This document shows, one piece after another, positions 20,249-29,181 of a stretch of DNA of 64,000 bases. How positions within the stretch are numbered: the stretch's first letter is position 1; the number at the start of each line of letters is the position of its first letter. The translations under genes and the position numbers were made by a program. A model generated the notes under the pieces. The model did not search any database and was not told the origin of the DNA. It worked only from the letters and a program-made list of their open reading frames with translations. Source of the DNA: an uncultured Gemmatimonadota bacterium (GTDB taxonomy: Bacteria; Gemmatimonadota; CAZMKB01; CAZNLH01); NCBI GenBank assembly GCA_964577985.1, contig CAZOAR010000002.1:13130-77129 (forward strand), in the 5' to 3' direction.

Positions 20249-21406
20249 TTATACAACCTCCAGTATGTGGACCAACGAGCTGGCGCACGTGCCGCCCATG
20301 TTCTGCGTGAGTCCTCTCCTCGCACCATCCACCTGCCTGTCACCAGATTCTCCCCTGAGCTGCTCGGTAATCTCACAAATCTGGGCGACCCCGGTGGCGC
20401 CAACGGGATGGCCCTTTGACTTGAGTCCCCCGCTCGTGTTGACCGGTATCCTTCCTCCTATGGCTGTCTCGCCGCTTTCCGTGGCGATACCGCCTTTGCC
20501 GGCCTCTACAAAACCAAGCGCCTCGATCGCGCATATCTCGGATATCGAGAAGCAATCGTGCACCTCGGCGAGGTCGATGTCCGACGGCCCTGCGCCCGCC
20601 ATCTCGTATGCCTTGGCTGCGGCGTTCTCCGCCGCCGCCAGATGCGTTATATCCTTCCTCTGGTGGAGCGCCATCGTGTCTGTCGCGTGTCCTGATCCGC
20701 TGACCCTCACGAGCGGCTTTTTCGAGATCTTTTTCGCCATCTCCAGCGGGCAGATGACCACCGCGGCCGCCCCGTCGGTTATGGGAGAGCAATCGAGGAT
20801 CCTCAGAGGATCGGCGACCATCACCGAGTTGAGCACCTGATCGATCGTCAGTTTCATCCGGTACTGGGCATACGGGTTTTTCGAACCGTTATCGTGGTTC
20901 TTGACCGACACCTGCGCCATCTGCTCCCTTGTGGTCCCGTATTTCTCCATGTGCGATCTTGCCATCAGCGCGTATAGACCGGGGAAAGTCACACCATTGT
21001 AGGCCTCATACTCCTGGTCAGCGGCCGCTGCGAGAGCGTTTGTCGCTCCTCCGCCCTCGATGTCCGTCATCTTTTCCACACCGCCGACCAGAACGATCTC
21101 GCTCATCCCTGAGGCTACATCCATCAGCCCCTGCCTGAAGGCAAGACCGCCCGATGCGCAGGCCGATTCGACACGCGTCGCCGGAATCGGGTTGACGCCA
21201 AGATAATCCGCCATGAGTGGCGCGATATGCTCCTGGCCGACGAAGAGTCCTGGTGACATGCAGCCTACATACATGGAGTCGATCCTGTCGACGCCCGCGT
21301 CCTCGATCGCCTTCAGCGACGCCTCGACAAACATCGTTCTCAGGGACTTGTCCCAGAGCTCCCCCCACTCGATCATTCCCACACCAATCACTGCTATATC
21401 CATCAT
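20249..21406 (-). CDS. Thiolase (acetyl-CoA C-acetyltransferase, archaeal/SCP-x type)
   Basis: 385 aa. [20 protein letters not shown]…MYVGCMSPG… thiolase N-domain. C-terminal [14 protein letters not shown]. Confidence 0.85.
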   Translation of the reverse strand: MMDIAVIGVGMIEWGELWDKSLRTMFVEASLKAIEDAGVDRIDSMYVGCMSPGLFVGQEHIAPLMADYLGVNPIPATRVESACASGGLAFRQGLMDVASGMSEIVLVGGVEKMTDIEGGGATNALAAAADQEYEAYNGVTFPGLYALMARSHMEKYGTTREQMAQVSVKNHDNGSKNPYAQYRMKLTIDQVLNSVMVADPLRILDCSPITDGAAAVVICPLEMAKKISKKPLVRVSGSGHATDTMALHQRKDITHLAAAENAAAKAYEMAGAGPSDIDLAEVHDCFSISEICAIEALGFVEAGKGGIATESGETAIGGRIPVNTSGGLKSKGHPVGATGVAQICEITEQLRGESGDRQVDGARRGLTQNMGGTCASSLVHILEVV

Positions 21407-21469
21407 TATCTTGCTCCTTGGTGACCTGTCAGTTGCAATTACAGGAGAAACCTCGACAGAGATCGGCGG

Positions 21470-22516
21470 CTACTCGCCCATCCTGATCTTTCTCCGGTAT
21501 TTCGCGTATGTGCCGTAATCGAGATGTACTTTGTTCCTGTCGAGGTAGTCGGTTGTCCCGGGCGCCTTGTCCCGTACCTCCCTGATCCGGTCGGTCACGC
21601 TGTAGATGAACCCGTCACTGCCCGCTCCGGAACCGTAGGAGACCATCAGTATCGATTGACCCGGCTCTGCGACATCGAGAACCGCGGTCAACCCGATAGG
21701 CGACGCTGCCGAGTACGTGTTCCCCAGCCTCGGACAGAGAAGGCCCGTCTCTATCTGCTTCATCGTAAATCCAAGCTTTTTTCCAACCCTCACGGGGAAT
21801 TTTCCGTTCGGCTGATGGAATACGACATGATCGAAATCCTCCGGACCTTTCCCGGCCATCTCCATGATCGCTGTGGCCGCGCCCGTCACATGCTTGAAAT
21901 ATGCGGGCTCGCCCGTGTAACGCCCGGCGTGTCTCGGATAGTGCATATGTTCCCTGCGCCAGAAATCGGGCGTGTCGGTCATGTATGAATAGGTGTGCTC
22001 CACTTCCGCCACTGTCCCATCGGTCCCGAATATGAACGCCGCGGCACCCGCCGACGCGGAATACTCTAATGCGTCACCCGGCGCGCCCTGGGATGTGTCG
22101 GCCCCTATGGCGAGCGCGTATTCCATCTTCCCCGCCTCCACATGGCTCAGCGCCACGAACATCCCTTCACTCCCGGCCTTGCAGGCGAACTCAAAGTCCG
22201 CGCAGTGGACGTCCGGGGTGGCACCGATCGCCTCGGCGACAACCGTACCGCTCGGTTTCACCGCGTAAGGATGAGATTCCGAACCGATGTACACGGCCCC
22301 TATCCGACGGGGATCAACTTCCGCTCTCTTCAGCGCGTTCCTGGCCGCCTCCACCGACATGGTAATAACATCCTGGTCGGGCGCGGGGACGGACTTCTCC
22401 TCCAGCATCAGGCCCTTCTTGTAACTGGGGGCATCAGCGCCCCAGACCTTTGCGATTTCCTCCACCCTTATCCTGTATCTGGGTGCGTATGCTCCATATC
22501 CAACGATTCCAGCCAC
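21470..22516 (-). CDS. Hydroxymethylglutaryl-CoA synthase, archaeal type
   Basis: 348 aa. GTG start with an AGGAGG RBS. MAGIVGYGAYAPRYRIRVEEIAKVWG…GSESHPYAVKP…DFEFACKAGS matches archaeal-type HMGCS from start to end. Confidence 0.85.
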   Translation of the reverse strand: MAGIVGYGAYAPRYRIRVEEIAKVWGADAPSYKKGLMLEEKSVPAPDQDVITMSVEAARNALKRAEVDPRRIGAVYIGSESHPYAVKPSGTVVAEAIGATPDVHCADFEFACKAGSEGMFVALSHVEAGKMEYALAIGADTSQGAPGDALEYSASAGAAAFIFGTDGTVAEVEHTYSYMTDTPDFWRREHMHYPRHAGRYTGEPAYFKHVTGAATAIMEMAGKGPEDFDHVVFHQPNGKFPVRVGKKLGFTMKQIETGLLCPRLGNTYSAASPIGLTAVLDVAEPGQSILMVSYGSGAGSDGFIYSVTDRIREVRDKAPGTTDYLDRNKVHLDYGTYAKYRRKIRMGE

Positions 22517-22861
22517 TCAAACCTCCTTTTGTTAGATACCAAGAGTAGATGCTCATATATGTCATATATTGTCAACCTTTACAGGGTTTCCCCCGTTCTT
22601 CTCATGCAAAGGGGTGCCAGGCGTTCCTCTCGCGGGCACCATAAGGTATCAGAGGTTCGGTGCCATGTCAAGGGCCGACAGGCAGTGAGGTTTCATGCAT
22701 TTCTGCACGCGAAGGAGCCGGGAAGTCGATGTGATGGGGTGATAGCTGCGATCGAAGGAGCGGTCCATGGTCAGGCGTGGCTGGAGAGAATTTCGACGTA
22801 TTACGTGCCGAAAGCACGCGGGCGGGAATTGGACCGCTGCTCGCCACATCCTCGTTCCGGT

Positions 22862-24472
22862 TCAGCGAGTGAGGATCATCTTCTTCGTCGAAGCAAGAGG
22901 TCCCGCCTTCAGTCGATACAGGTACACTCCGGATCCGACTGTCTGTCTATGATCGTTCTTTCCGTCCCAATGGACCGAGTATTGCCCCGGCTCTTCCTCT
23001 CTCTCCATCAGTGATCTGACTAATTGTCCCCGCAGATCGTAGATCTTCAGCTCCACATGAACAGCGTCTCCCGCCGGAATGGAGTAGCCGATCGTCGTCG
23101 ATGGGTTGAAGGGATTGGGATAGTTCTGGGCGAGTGTGAAGCTCCGGGGAATCGACCGGCCCGGCGGAGATCCCACACCCACGGGCTCTTCGATAATAGC
23201 CGTCCAGACACTCAGGTTGTAATTGTCCAGCCTCGTCCATACAGGGTAGATCTTCCCATTGAATGCGGCGACATTGATGTAGTCGCCGAAGAACACGTAA
23301 TGATCAGGTGTGAAGGAAGATTCGCTGACCCTGAAGTTGGTGAAGGTCTCTCCCCCGTCTTCCGACTTCGCCACAAATACGTCTGTTGCCACCCCACTCG
23401 TCTCCCGCCGGTCATAGAACACAACATAGATGATCCCGCTCACCGGATCCACCGTCATCCAGTTGAAGAACTGGTGCCTCGTGCCCGTGTCGTTGTTCAC
23501 CCGTACGACCTCTCCCCAGTTCGCTCCACCATCGGTCGAGGTGATGAAGAAGACGTCTGTATCGTCGGTTCCATTTCTCTGGTCGGACCAGCAGATGTAG
23601 ACGTTGCCCCGATACGGTGAATGGCTGATATCACTGGCTGTCACGGAAAACCCGTCGCACCGATATATCCCCGTGACATTGAAATCCCATCCCCCCGGTT
23701 GGGGATCGACAAAGATGTCCTCTCCAAAGGTCACACCGCCGTCCATCGACCTGTCGAACATGATGCCCTCCGGCCCTGACCAGCTCGTGTAAATCTCCCC
23801 GTTCGGCCCCACTGCCGGAACCGCGCCCTCTACCGTATCGTCGCTGTCGAGGCAGTTCCCGCCCTGGTCGCTCACCCGGACGGGTTCAGACCAGGTTTCG
23901 CCCTGGTCCGTCGACCGGGAGAAGAGGATCCGGGAGCTGTCGGCCGGATTGGAGCTGTCGTACTCATCGAATTCGGTCCAGGCCAGGTAAAGGTTCCCAC
24001 GGTACGGGGAATTCGTCAGGTCTGTCCCCATCCACTCCTTGTCCTGGTTAGCGGGGGGATTGAACCCCGCCGCCGAACCGTCGTTCCAGGTCAACCCACC
24101 ATCGGTCGACTTCTGGACTACGATGCGGTCGATCCAGTATCCGATGGAATCCGGCGGATTCGAGAGGTGAGAATAGTAGAGATTACCCTCCACGTCGAAG
24201 ATCACGCAGGGATCTCCCCACACACCAAATGCATCCGATGTCATGCGCCCCCCCACCCAGGAGTAACCTCCGTCCGTCGAGTAGTAGATATAATCGAGGT
24301 TCGCGCCCGCCGCCAGATTCATCCGATTCGTCGGATTGATGGCGATTGTCACCTCCTCGGGATCATAGCTCTCTTCGCCGCTGATCTGGACATTCTGGTA
24401 TTGAGCCGTGAGGATGCCCGGGATGCCGAAAAGCAGGACGATCAGACCGATATATCGGGTCACTCGAGGCAC
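22862..24472 (-). CDS. Secreted BNR/Asp-box repeat protein (sialidase / Ycf48-like beta-propeller) with T9SS C-terminal sorting domain
   Basis: Signal peptide. At least six Asp-box repeats (STDGGYSW, STDGGLTW, STDQGETW, SMDGGVTF, STDGGANW, SEDGGETF). C-terminal …LAQNYPNPFNPSTTIGYSIP…IYDLRGQLV…GVYLYRLKAG…KKMILTR T9SS CTD. GTG start. Confidence 0.75.
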   Translation of the reverse strand: MPRVTRYIGLIVLLFGIPGILTAQYQNVQISGEESYDPEEVTIAINPTNRMNLAAGANLDYIYYSTDGGYSWVGGRMTSDAFGVWGDPCVIFDVEGNLYYSHLSNPPDSIGYWIDRIVVQKSTDGGLTWNDGSAAGFNPPANQDKEWMGTDLTNSPYRGNLYLAWTEFDEYDSSNPADSSRILFSRSTDQGETWSEPVRVSDQGGNCLDSDDTVEGAVPAVGPNGEIYTSWSGPEGIMFDRSMDGGVTFGEDIFVDPQPGGWDFNVTGIYRCDGFSVTASDISHSPYRGNVYICWSDQRNGTDDTDVFFITSTDGGANWGEVVRVNNDTGTRHQFFNWMTVDPVSGIIYVVFYDRRETSGVATDVFVAKSEDGGETFTNFRVSESSFTPDHYVFFGDYINVAAFNGKIYPVWTRLDNYNLSVWTAIIEEPVGVGSPPGRSIPRSFTLAQNYPNPFNPSTTIGYSIPAGDAVHVELKIYDLRGQLVRSLMEREEEPGQYSVHWDGKNDHRQTVGSGVYLYRLKAGPLASTKKMILTR

Positions 24473-24591
24473 ATATCACCTCCTGATGTGGTTGTCGGGA
24501 AGAGTCCGTCCTCCCGGAGTATCGACGCATGGGGGGCATGTGCGGCAACCGAAAAGAGGGTCAGCCAGAGAAGCGTGAGAAATATCTTCAT
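24457..24591 (-). CDS. Small ORF (44 aa) with signal-peptide-like N-terminus, overlapping the BNR gene start
   Basis: GGAGG RBS 5 nt before the ATG. Sequence MKIFLTLLWLTLFSVAAHA|PHASILREDGLFPTTTSGGDMCLE. Its stop lies 10 nt inside the BNR ORF. Below the ORF-track size cutoff. Confidence 0.25.
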
Positions 24592-24908
24592 AATCCTCCC
24601 CCCTGGTCACGGGACCCCAGAGGATTCCCTCTCGTTTCACGGTACTTGATGAGCGGATCGCAACAGGAATAGAAGGACGGTTTCGAATCGAGAATTGAGA
24701 GCCTTCTCTCTCCACCATTTTTTGTATATTACAGCGGGACTGATTGGTTGTCAAGGATGTACGGGAGCAGGAGTTTCCCCATAAAATCTGGCTGGATCTC
24801 TATAACTCCTTGCCGGTGCAGCAGATGACGATCAGAAGAAGCGGAAATGTTGTGTGTGGGAAATACTTCCTGACGAATCATATTCGGAGTGATAAGTAAT
24901 TACGCTTA

Positions 24909-24980
24909 ACATGACATTCCCACCCCACACGTCATTCCCGCCTCACACGTCATTCCCACTTCTCATGTCATCCCCGCCTG
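24909..24980. repeat. Four imperfect tandem direct repeats (18-20 bp unit, core ACAyGTCATTCCCrCC) in a divergent intergenic region
   Basis: Units read ACATGACATTCCCACCCC / ACACGTCATTCCCGCCTC / ACACGTCATTCCCACTTCTC / ATGTCATCCCCGCCTG. About 195 bp upstream of the His-rich transporter gene. Confidence 0.6.
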
Positions 24981-25049
24981 ACGCTCTTCCGTGTCACGCT
25001 GTTCTTCAATGTTGTCCTGTCGATCTGACAGTGACTCGATAGATGATGA

Positions 25050-25076
25050 TTGACAAACCACTTCCCGATCTATATC
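25050..25076 (+). promoter_or_regulatory. Putative promoter for the His-rich transporter gene
   Basis: TTGACAAA, 15-nt spacer, TATATC. Spacer is short, so confidence is low. Confidence 0.25.
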
Positions 25077-25174
25077 CTCTTATGTCGATTCGATGACCCG
25101 TAACTATTGCTCAAATCGCGTCATCCGGAGAAGACGTGGAAAGACCGGCACATACCTCCGGTAGGAGATAGCAG

Positions 25175-25891
25175 TTGATGTCGCATGAAATGGCAGCCTT
25201 GACCATTACCGCGGCGACGATCGGACTGATCCACACGTTGCTGGGGCCGGATCATTATGTTCCCTTTATCGTCCTGTCGCGCGCACGGAAGTGGTCGCCC
25301 TCGAGGACCGGCATGGTCACCATTCTCTGCGGCCTGGGACACATCCTGAGTTCGGTTGCGCTCGGAATGATCGGTATCGCGCTGGGCCTGGCGGTGAGCA
25401 GGGTTGAAGCGGTCGAATCGTATCGGGGAAGTATCGCCGCCTGGGCTATGATCGCCTTCGGGCTCATCTACCTTGTCTGGGGACTCAGGAGGGCATGGCA
25501 GAACCGCCCTCACACGCATTTTCACGCGCACGAGAGTGAACTCGTTCACAAGCACTGCCATATTCATACCGACGCCCACGCACATCCTCACACTGTTGAG
25601 GAGGGATCGAACATCACACCATGGATTCTTTTCACCGTCTTTGTGCTCGGCCCCTGCGAGCCTCTAATCCCGCTCCTTATGTATCCTGCCGTAAAGGAGA
25701 GCGTATCGGGGCTGATCTGGGTCACGGTCGTTTTCGGAACGGTAACGATAGGCGCGATGCTGTCGGTCGTCATGATTCTCTCGAAGGGAATCAGCCATGT
25801 CCCACTGCGGCGCCTCGACCGGTATGCACACGCACTGGCGGGCCTGACAATCCTTCTTTGCGGGGCCGCTATCCAGTTTCTCGGTCTCTGA
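25175..25891 (+). CDS. Membrane metal-cation transporter with histidine-rich loop (RcnA/NicO- or HupE/UreJ-like)
   Basis: 238 aa, about 6 TM helices. Central loop HTHFHAHESELVHKHCHIHTDAHAHPHTVEE. ATG at 25178 preceded by GGAG; the ORF track starts at a TTG at 25175. Confidence 0.6.
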   Translation: MMSHEMAALTITAATIGLIHTLLGPDHYVPFIVLSRARKWSPSRTGMVTILCGLGHILSSVALGMIGIALGLAVSRVEAVESYRGSIAAWAMIAFGLIYLVWGLRRAWQNRPHTHFHAHESELVHKHCHIHTDAHAHPHTVEEGSNITPWILFTVFVLGPCEPLIPLLMYPAVKESVSGLIWVTVVFGTVTIGAMLSVVMILSKGISHVPLRRLDRYAHALAGLTILLCGAAIQFLGL

Positions 25892-25937
25892 GACGCGCAC
25901 AGAACTTGCAGTGATGTCTGATATTTGACCCAGGAAT

Positions 25938-26624
25938 ATGACCATGCAATCGAGGCTCGAACAGACAGAAGACTTTGCGATCAAGGACTGCGCCCTGACG
26001 GCCATCGCCACCGGGAAGCGGGCCCAGAACCTCCGGGAACTCAGGGACGGCCTGCTGAGCGTCCACCCGGGCAGCATATATTACCACTTCTGGGGGGGGC
26101 TGCTCCGCCCGAGCTTTGTCGAGCCCGAATACAACAACGACTTCGCCTCGTGGGTGTACCACGGTCTGCACGACAAGATTCTCTGTGAACGGCTCGCGGT
26201 CATCGACCCCACAGACTTCGACACACTGGATGACCTCCGCCAGGAGTTGATAGAGGTGATCGAGGAACGCCTCGACGAGATGGAGCTCGTCCCATGGTCG
26301 AGCCCCGACCAGCAGTTTCACTTCACGCGGTCACAGATAGTGGTTATCGACACCCATCATGTCATCCACGATCCTGAGGAGCTGGTGGAACTGATACCGA
26401 ATATCTCCACCAGCAGTGTCTTCTACCACTTCATTGACGCCCGGCGACGCACCGAAGAGAACACGGATGACTTCCGGTCCTGGCTGAGGGGATTCAAGAA
26501 CCACTATGGAGCGCTTGCCAGCGGTCTCGCCGAGATCGATCCTTACTTTTCCTCCCTGACCAGGCTGAGGGATCAACTCGCAGCGCTGTTCAGGGACTAT
26601 TTCACCAGGAGAGGCCGGGGATGA
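25938..26624 (+). CDS. Conserved hypothetical protein
   Basis: 228-aa soluble ORF with coding-like composition. No family recognised by eye. Confidence 0.5.
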   Translation: MTMQSRLEQTEDFAIKDCALTAIATGKRAQNLRELRDGLLSVHPGSIYYHFWGGLLRPSFVEPEYNNDFASWVYHGLHDKILCERLAVIDPTDFDTLDDLRQELIEVIEERLDEMELVPWSSPDQQFHFTRSQIVVIDTHHVIHDPEELVELIPNISTSSVFYHFIDARRRTEENTDDFRSWLRGFKNHYGALASGLAEIDPYFSSLTRLRDQLAALFRDYFTRRGRG

Positions 26625-26938
26625 ATAAACAGGTAGTTTCCCCTGCTTTTTCAGCGGATCTGTCATAACTCTTTTCGTGGCAGCCGTATGTTGGAGGGAT
26701 GAAGTGCAAACAGTAGTCCGTCGCGTCAACTGTTCCTCTCGCGTAAGTAAAGCCTTTTTGGAGCCCCGTCTTCTCGAGGGTGAACGTTCCAGCAGTGCCG
26801 TGCAGCACTTGTTTGAGACCGCAGGTCGAGTTGCGCGGAGCGAGTGACCCCTAGAGTTAGAACGGGTCAAAAAGACGTCCCTGGAGCGAGAGAAACACTT
26901 GACGCCTCAATGCATAAGAAAAACCGGGGAACCTCCAG

Positions 26939-28180
26939 ATGAATAAACTCCTTGACAGTTACGCGAAGGTGGTTGGAGAAGACGTCATAGATCATCTCCG
27001 ACAGCTCTCCGCTCCGCTCAAAGGTATGAAGATGGTTCACGTCAATTCCACCCGTGTGGGTGGAGGCGTGGCCGAGATATTAACGAAACTCGTTCCCCTG
27101 ATGAAAGAGCTCGGCATAGACGCTACCTGGGAAGTCATAAAGGGAGATGACGACTTTTATCAATGTACGAAGGCGTTCCACAACGCCCTGCAGGGAAACG
27201 TAGTTGCGATCCCCGACTCTCTTCTGAGAAGATATGAGGATACGAACGCCCGCAACTACGAGGAACTCGGCTCCCGGCTGAAAGAGGCCGACATCGTCTT
27301 CATCCATGACCCCCAGCCGGCTCCACTCCTGAAACTCTGTCCCGACAGACGCGGAAAATGGGTCTGGAGATGCCATATCGACATCAGTCGCCCCTACCGA
27401 CAGGTATGGAAGTACCTTCGTGATTTTGTAGCCGGCTACGACGCCAGCATCTTCTCGCTCGCCGCCTTCGCCCAGGACATGCCGCACACGAAGTATCTGC
27501 TCCCTCCCAGCATCGACCCGTTGAGCGAAAAGAACATGCTCCTCGAGAAGAAAGAACTCGATTCTCTGTACAGCCAGTTCGAGCTGGATCCGGGAAGGCT
27601 CCTGGCACTCCAGGTGTCACGTTTTGACCGTTTCAAGGATCCGGTCGGGGTCATTCAGTCTTATCGCTTGACAAAGACGTTTACACCCTCACTGCAGCTC
27701 GTCCTTGCCGGCGGCTCGGCGACAGACGACCCGGAGGGAGAAATAGTGCTCAATGAGGTCCGCAAGGCGGCTAACGGCGATCCGGACATACACATCCTCC
27801 TCCTTCCCCCTGACGCCCACCGGGTGATCAACGGCCTGCAGAGGATCGCTGACATCGTCCTGCAGAAGTCAACGAAAGAAGGCTTCGGACTGACTGTCAC
27901 AGAGGCGATGTGGAAACGCAAACCGGTCATCGGCGGCGACACGGGTGGCATCCGTCTACAGATTCTCAACCACCACACCGGCTTTCTCGTCAGCACTCCA
28001 GAGGGCGCGGCACTGAGAATGCGCTACCTCTTCAACCACCGCGACGTGCTGCACGAAATGGGAAGGAAAGCCGAGGCATTCGTCAGGGAGAACTTCCTCA
28101 TAACCAGGCACATACGTGAATACCTCACACTGTCGCTCGCGCTTATCCACGACGCGAGCGAGCGTATCGAGCTGAAATAG
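26939..28180 (+). CDS. GT4 glycosyltransferase resembling trehalose glycosyltransferring synthase TreT
   Basis: 413 aa. N-terminal …MKMVHVNSTRVGGGVAEILTKLVPLMKELGIDATWEVI… resembles archaeal/Thermotoga TreT. GT-B C-domain (…QKSTKEGFGLTVTEAMWKRKPVIGG…). Confidence 0.6.
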   Translation: MNKLLDSYAKVVGEDVIDHLRQLSAPLKGMKMVHVNSTRVGGGVAEILTKLVPLMKELGIDATWEVIKGDDDFYQCTKAFHNALQGNVVAIPDSLLRRYEDTNARNYEELGSRLKEADIVFIHDPQPAPLLKLCPDRRGKWVWRCHIDISRPYRQVWKYLRDFVAGYDASIFSLAAFAQDMPHTKYLLPPSIDPLSEKNMLLEKKELDSLYSQFELDPGRLLALQVSRFDRFKDPVGVIQSYRLTKTFTPSLQLVLAGGSATDDPEGEIVLNEVRKAANGDPDIHILLLPPDAHRVINGLQRIADIVLQKSTKEGFGLTVTEAMWKRKPVIGGDTGGIRLQILNHHTGFLVSTPEGAALRMRYLFNHRDVLHEMGRKAEAFVRENFLITRHIREYLTLSLALIHDASERIELK

Positions 28181-28199
28181 CCCCGCGTGGAATTTACCA

Positions 28200-28227
28200 T
28201 TCACAATCTGACAAATTTGTATATATT
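28200..28227 (+). promoter_or_regulatory. Putative promoter for otsB-otsA
   Basis: TTCACA, 16-nt spacer, TATATT in an AT-rich island between the TreT-like gene and otsB. Confidence 0.35.
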
Positions 28228-28290
28228 TTAGGTTGACCGGAATGGAGGAACTCCTTCGCGAGCGGGGAACATATCCTCAGATACAACGGC

Positions 28291-29181
28291 ATGCGCTCTC
28301 ACCCCCGTCAAAGGATCTGTCGTGCCATGAAAGTCCTGAAATCAGACCTCGATCTGGAGCTTTTTTTTCGAGATCTCTGCTCATCAACGCAGCGGGTACT
28401 CTTCCTCGATTATGACGGGACGCTTGCCCCCTTCAGGATCGAGAGAGACGGGGCCGAACCCTACCCCGGCGTCCGCAGGATCCTGCAGACGATCCTGCAG
28501 AGCGGTAATACCCGCCTCGTGATGATCAGTGGACGCACGATAGACGACATCGTCCCTCTGCTCAAGATCGAGCCGCTCCCCGAGATCTGGGGTTCTCACG
28601 GCTGGGAACGGTTGCGCCCCGGCGAGGGGTATGAAGTGGGAGAGATGGATGACCTCTCCGCCAGAGCGCTGGATGCCGTGCGGACAAACCTGGAGGACGA
28701 AGGGCTGGCTCATCTGAGAGAAGACAAGCCGGGATGTCTTGCTCTCCACTGGAGGGGGATGGACGAATCGGAGGTCGGGGAGTTGAGGGAGAGGTACCAG
28801 AAAAAATGGTCAAATCTCAGCAGGAGTTATGATCTCACACTGATAGCGTTTGACGGGGGCCTGGAGCTCCGCATCAAAGGGCGCAGCAAAGCCCACGCCG
28901 TGAGAACCACCCTCGCGGAGATGGGAGAGGAAACCATTGCAGCCTTCCTGGGCGACGACATGACAGACGAGGAGGCCTTCCGGGAGCTTGGCAAAAACGC
29001 CATTGGAGTACTGGTGAGGGATGAGTTTCGCCCGACATCCGCAGACATATGGATCAGGCCGCCAGGGGAACTCCTCGAGTTCCTCGAACGCTGGGCGGAC
29101 GCATCCCTTGAGGAACCGGGGCCGGATAGGAAGGGCAATGCGATCGACACACGGTCCGGCTCAAGAGGAGACGCGTCTTGA
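28291..29181 (+). CDS. otsB: Trehalose-6-phosphate phosphatase (HAD-IIB)
   Basis: LFLDYDGTLAPF HAD motif I, …ISGR… motif, C-terminal GDDMTDE. The start may instead be the internal Met at 28327 (MKVLK…). Confidence 0.8.
   Translation: MRSHPRQRICRAMKVLKSDLDLELFFRDLCSSTQRVLFLDYDGTLAPFRIERDGAEPYPGVRRILQTILQSGNTRLVMISGRTIDDIVPLLKIEPLPEIWGSHGWERLRPGEGYEVGEMDDLSARALDAVRTNLEDEGLAHLREDKPGCLALHWRGMDESEVGELRERYQKKWSNLSRSYDLTLIAFDGGLELRIKGRSKAHAVRTTLAEMGEETIAAFLGDDMTDEEAFRELGKNAIGVLVRDEFRPTSADIWIRPPGELLEFLERWADASLEEPGPDRKGNAIDTRSGSRGDAS

Noticed and set aside
18969-22516. Calling the region a complete mevalonate pathway
   Set aside because: Only the thiolase/HMGCS/DUF35 entry module is present. There is no HMG-CoA reductase or mevalonate/phosphomevalonate kinase in the window, and ispE of the MEP pathway is present, so only the module is reported.
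24909-24980. The tandem repeats could be a CRISPR array
   Set aside because: The units are directly adjacent with no unique spacers, are only 18-20 bp long, and no cas genes are nearby.
26331-26870. 179-aa minus-strand ORF occupying the 314-bp intergenic region before the TreT-like gene; also considered a structured ncRNA there
   Set aside because: It has no RBS, its composition is non-coding-like, and it overlaps the end of the upstream gene. I could not recognise tmRNA, RNase P, SRP or 6S hallmarks by eye, so no RNA call is made.
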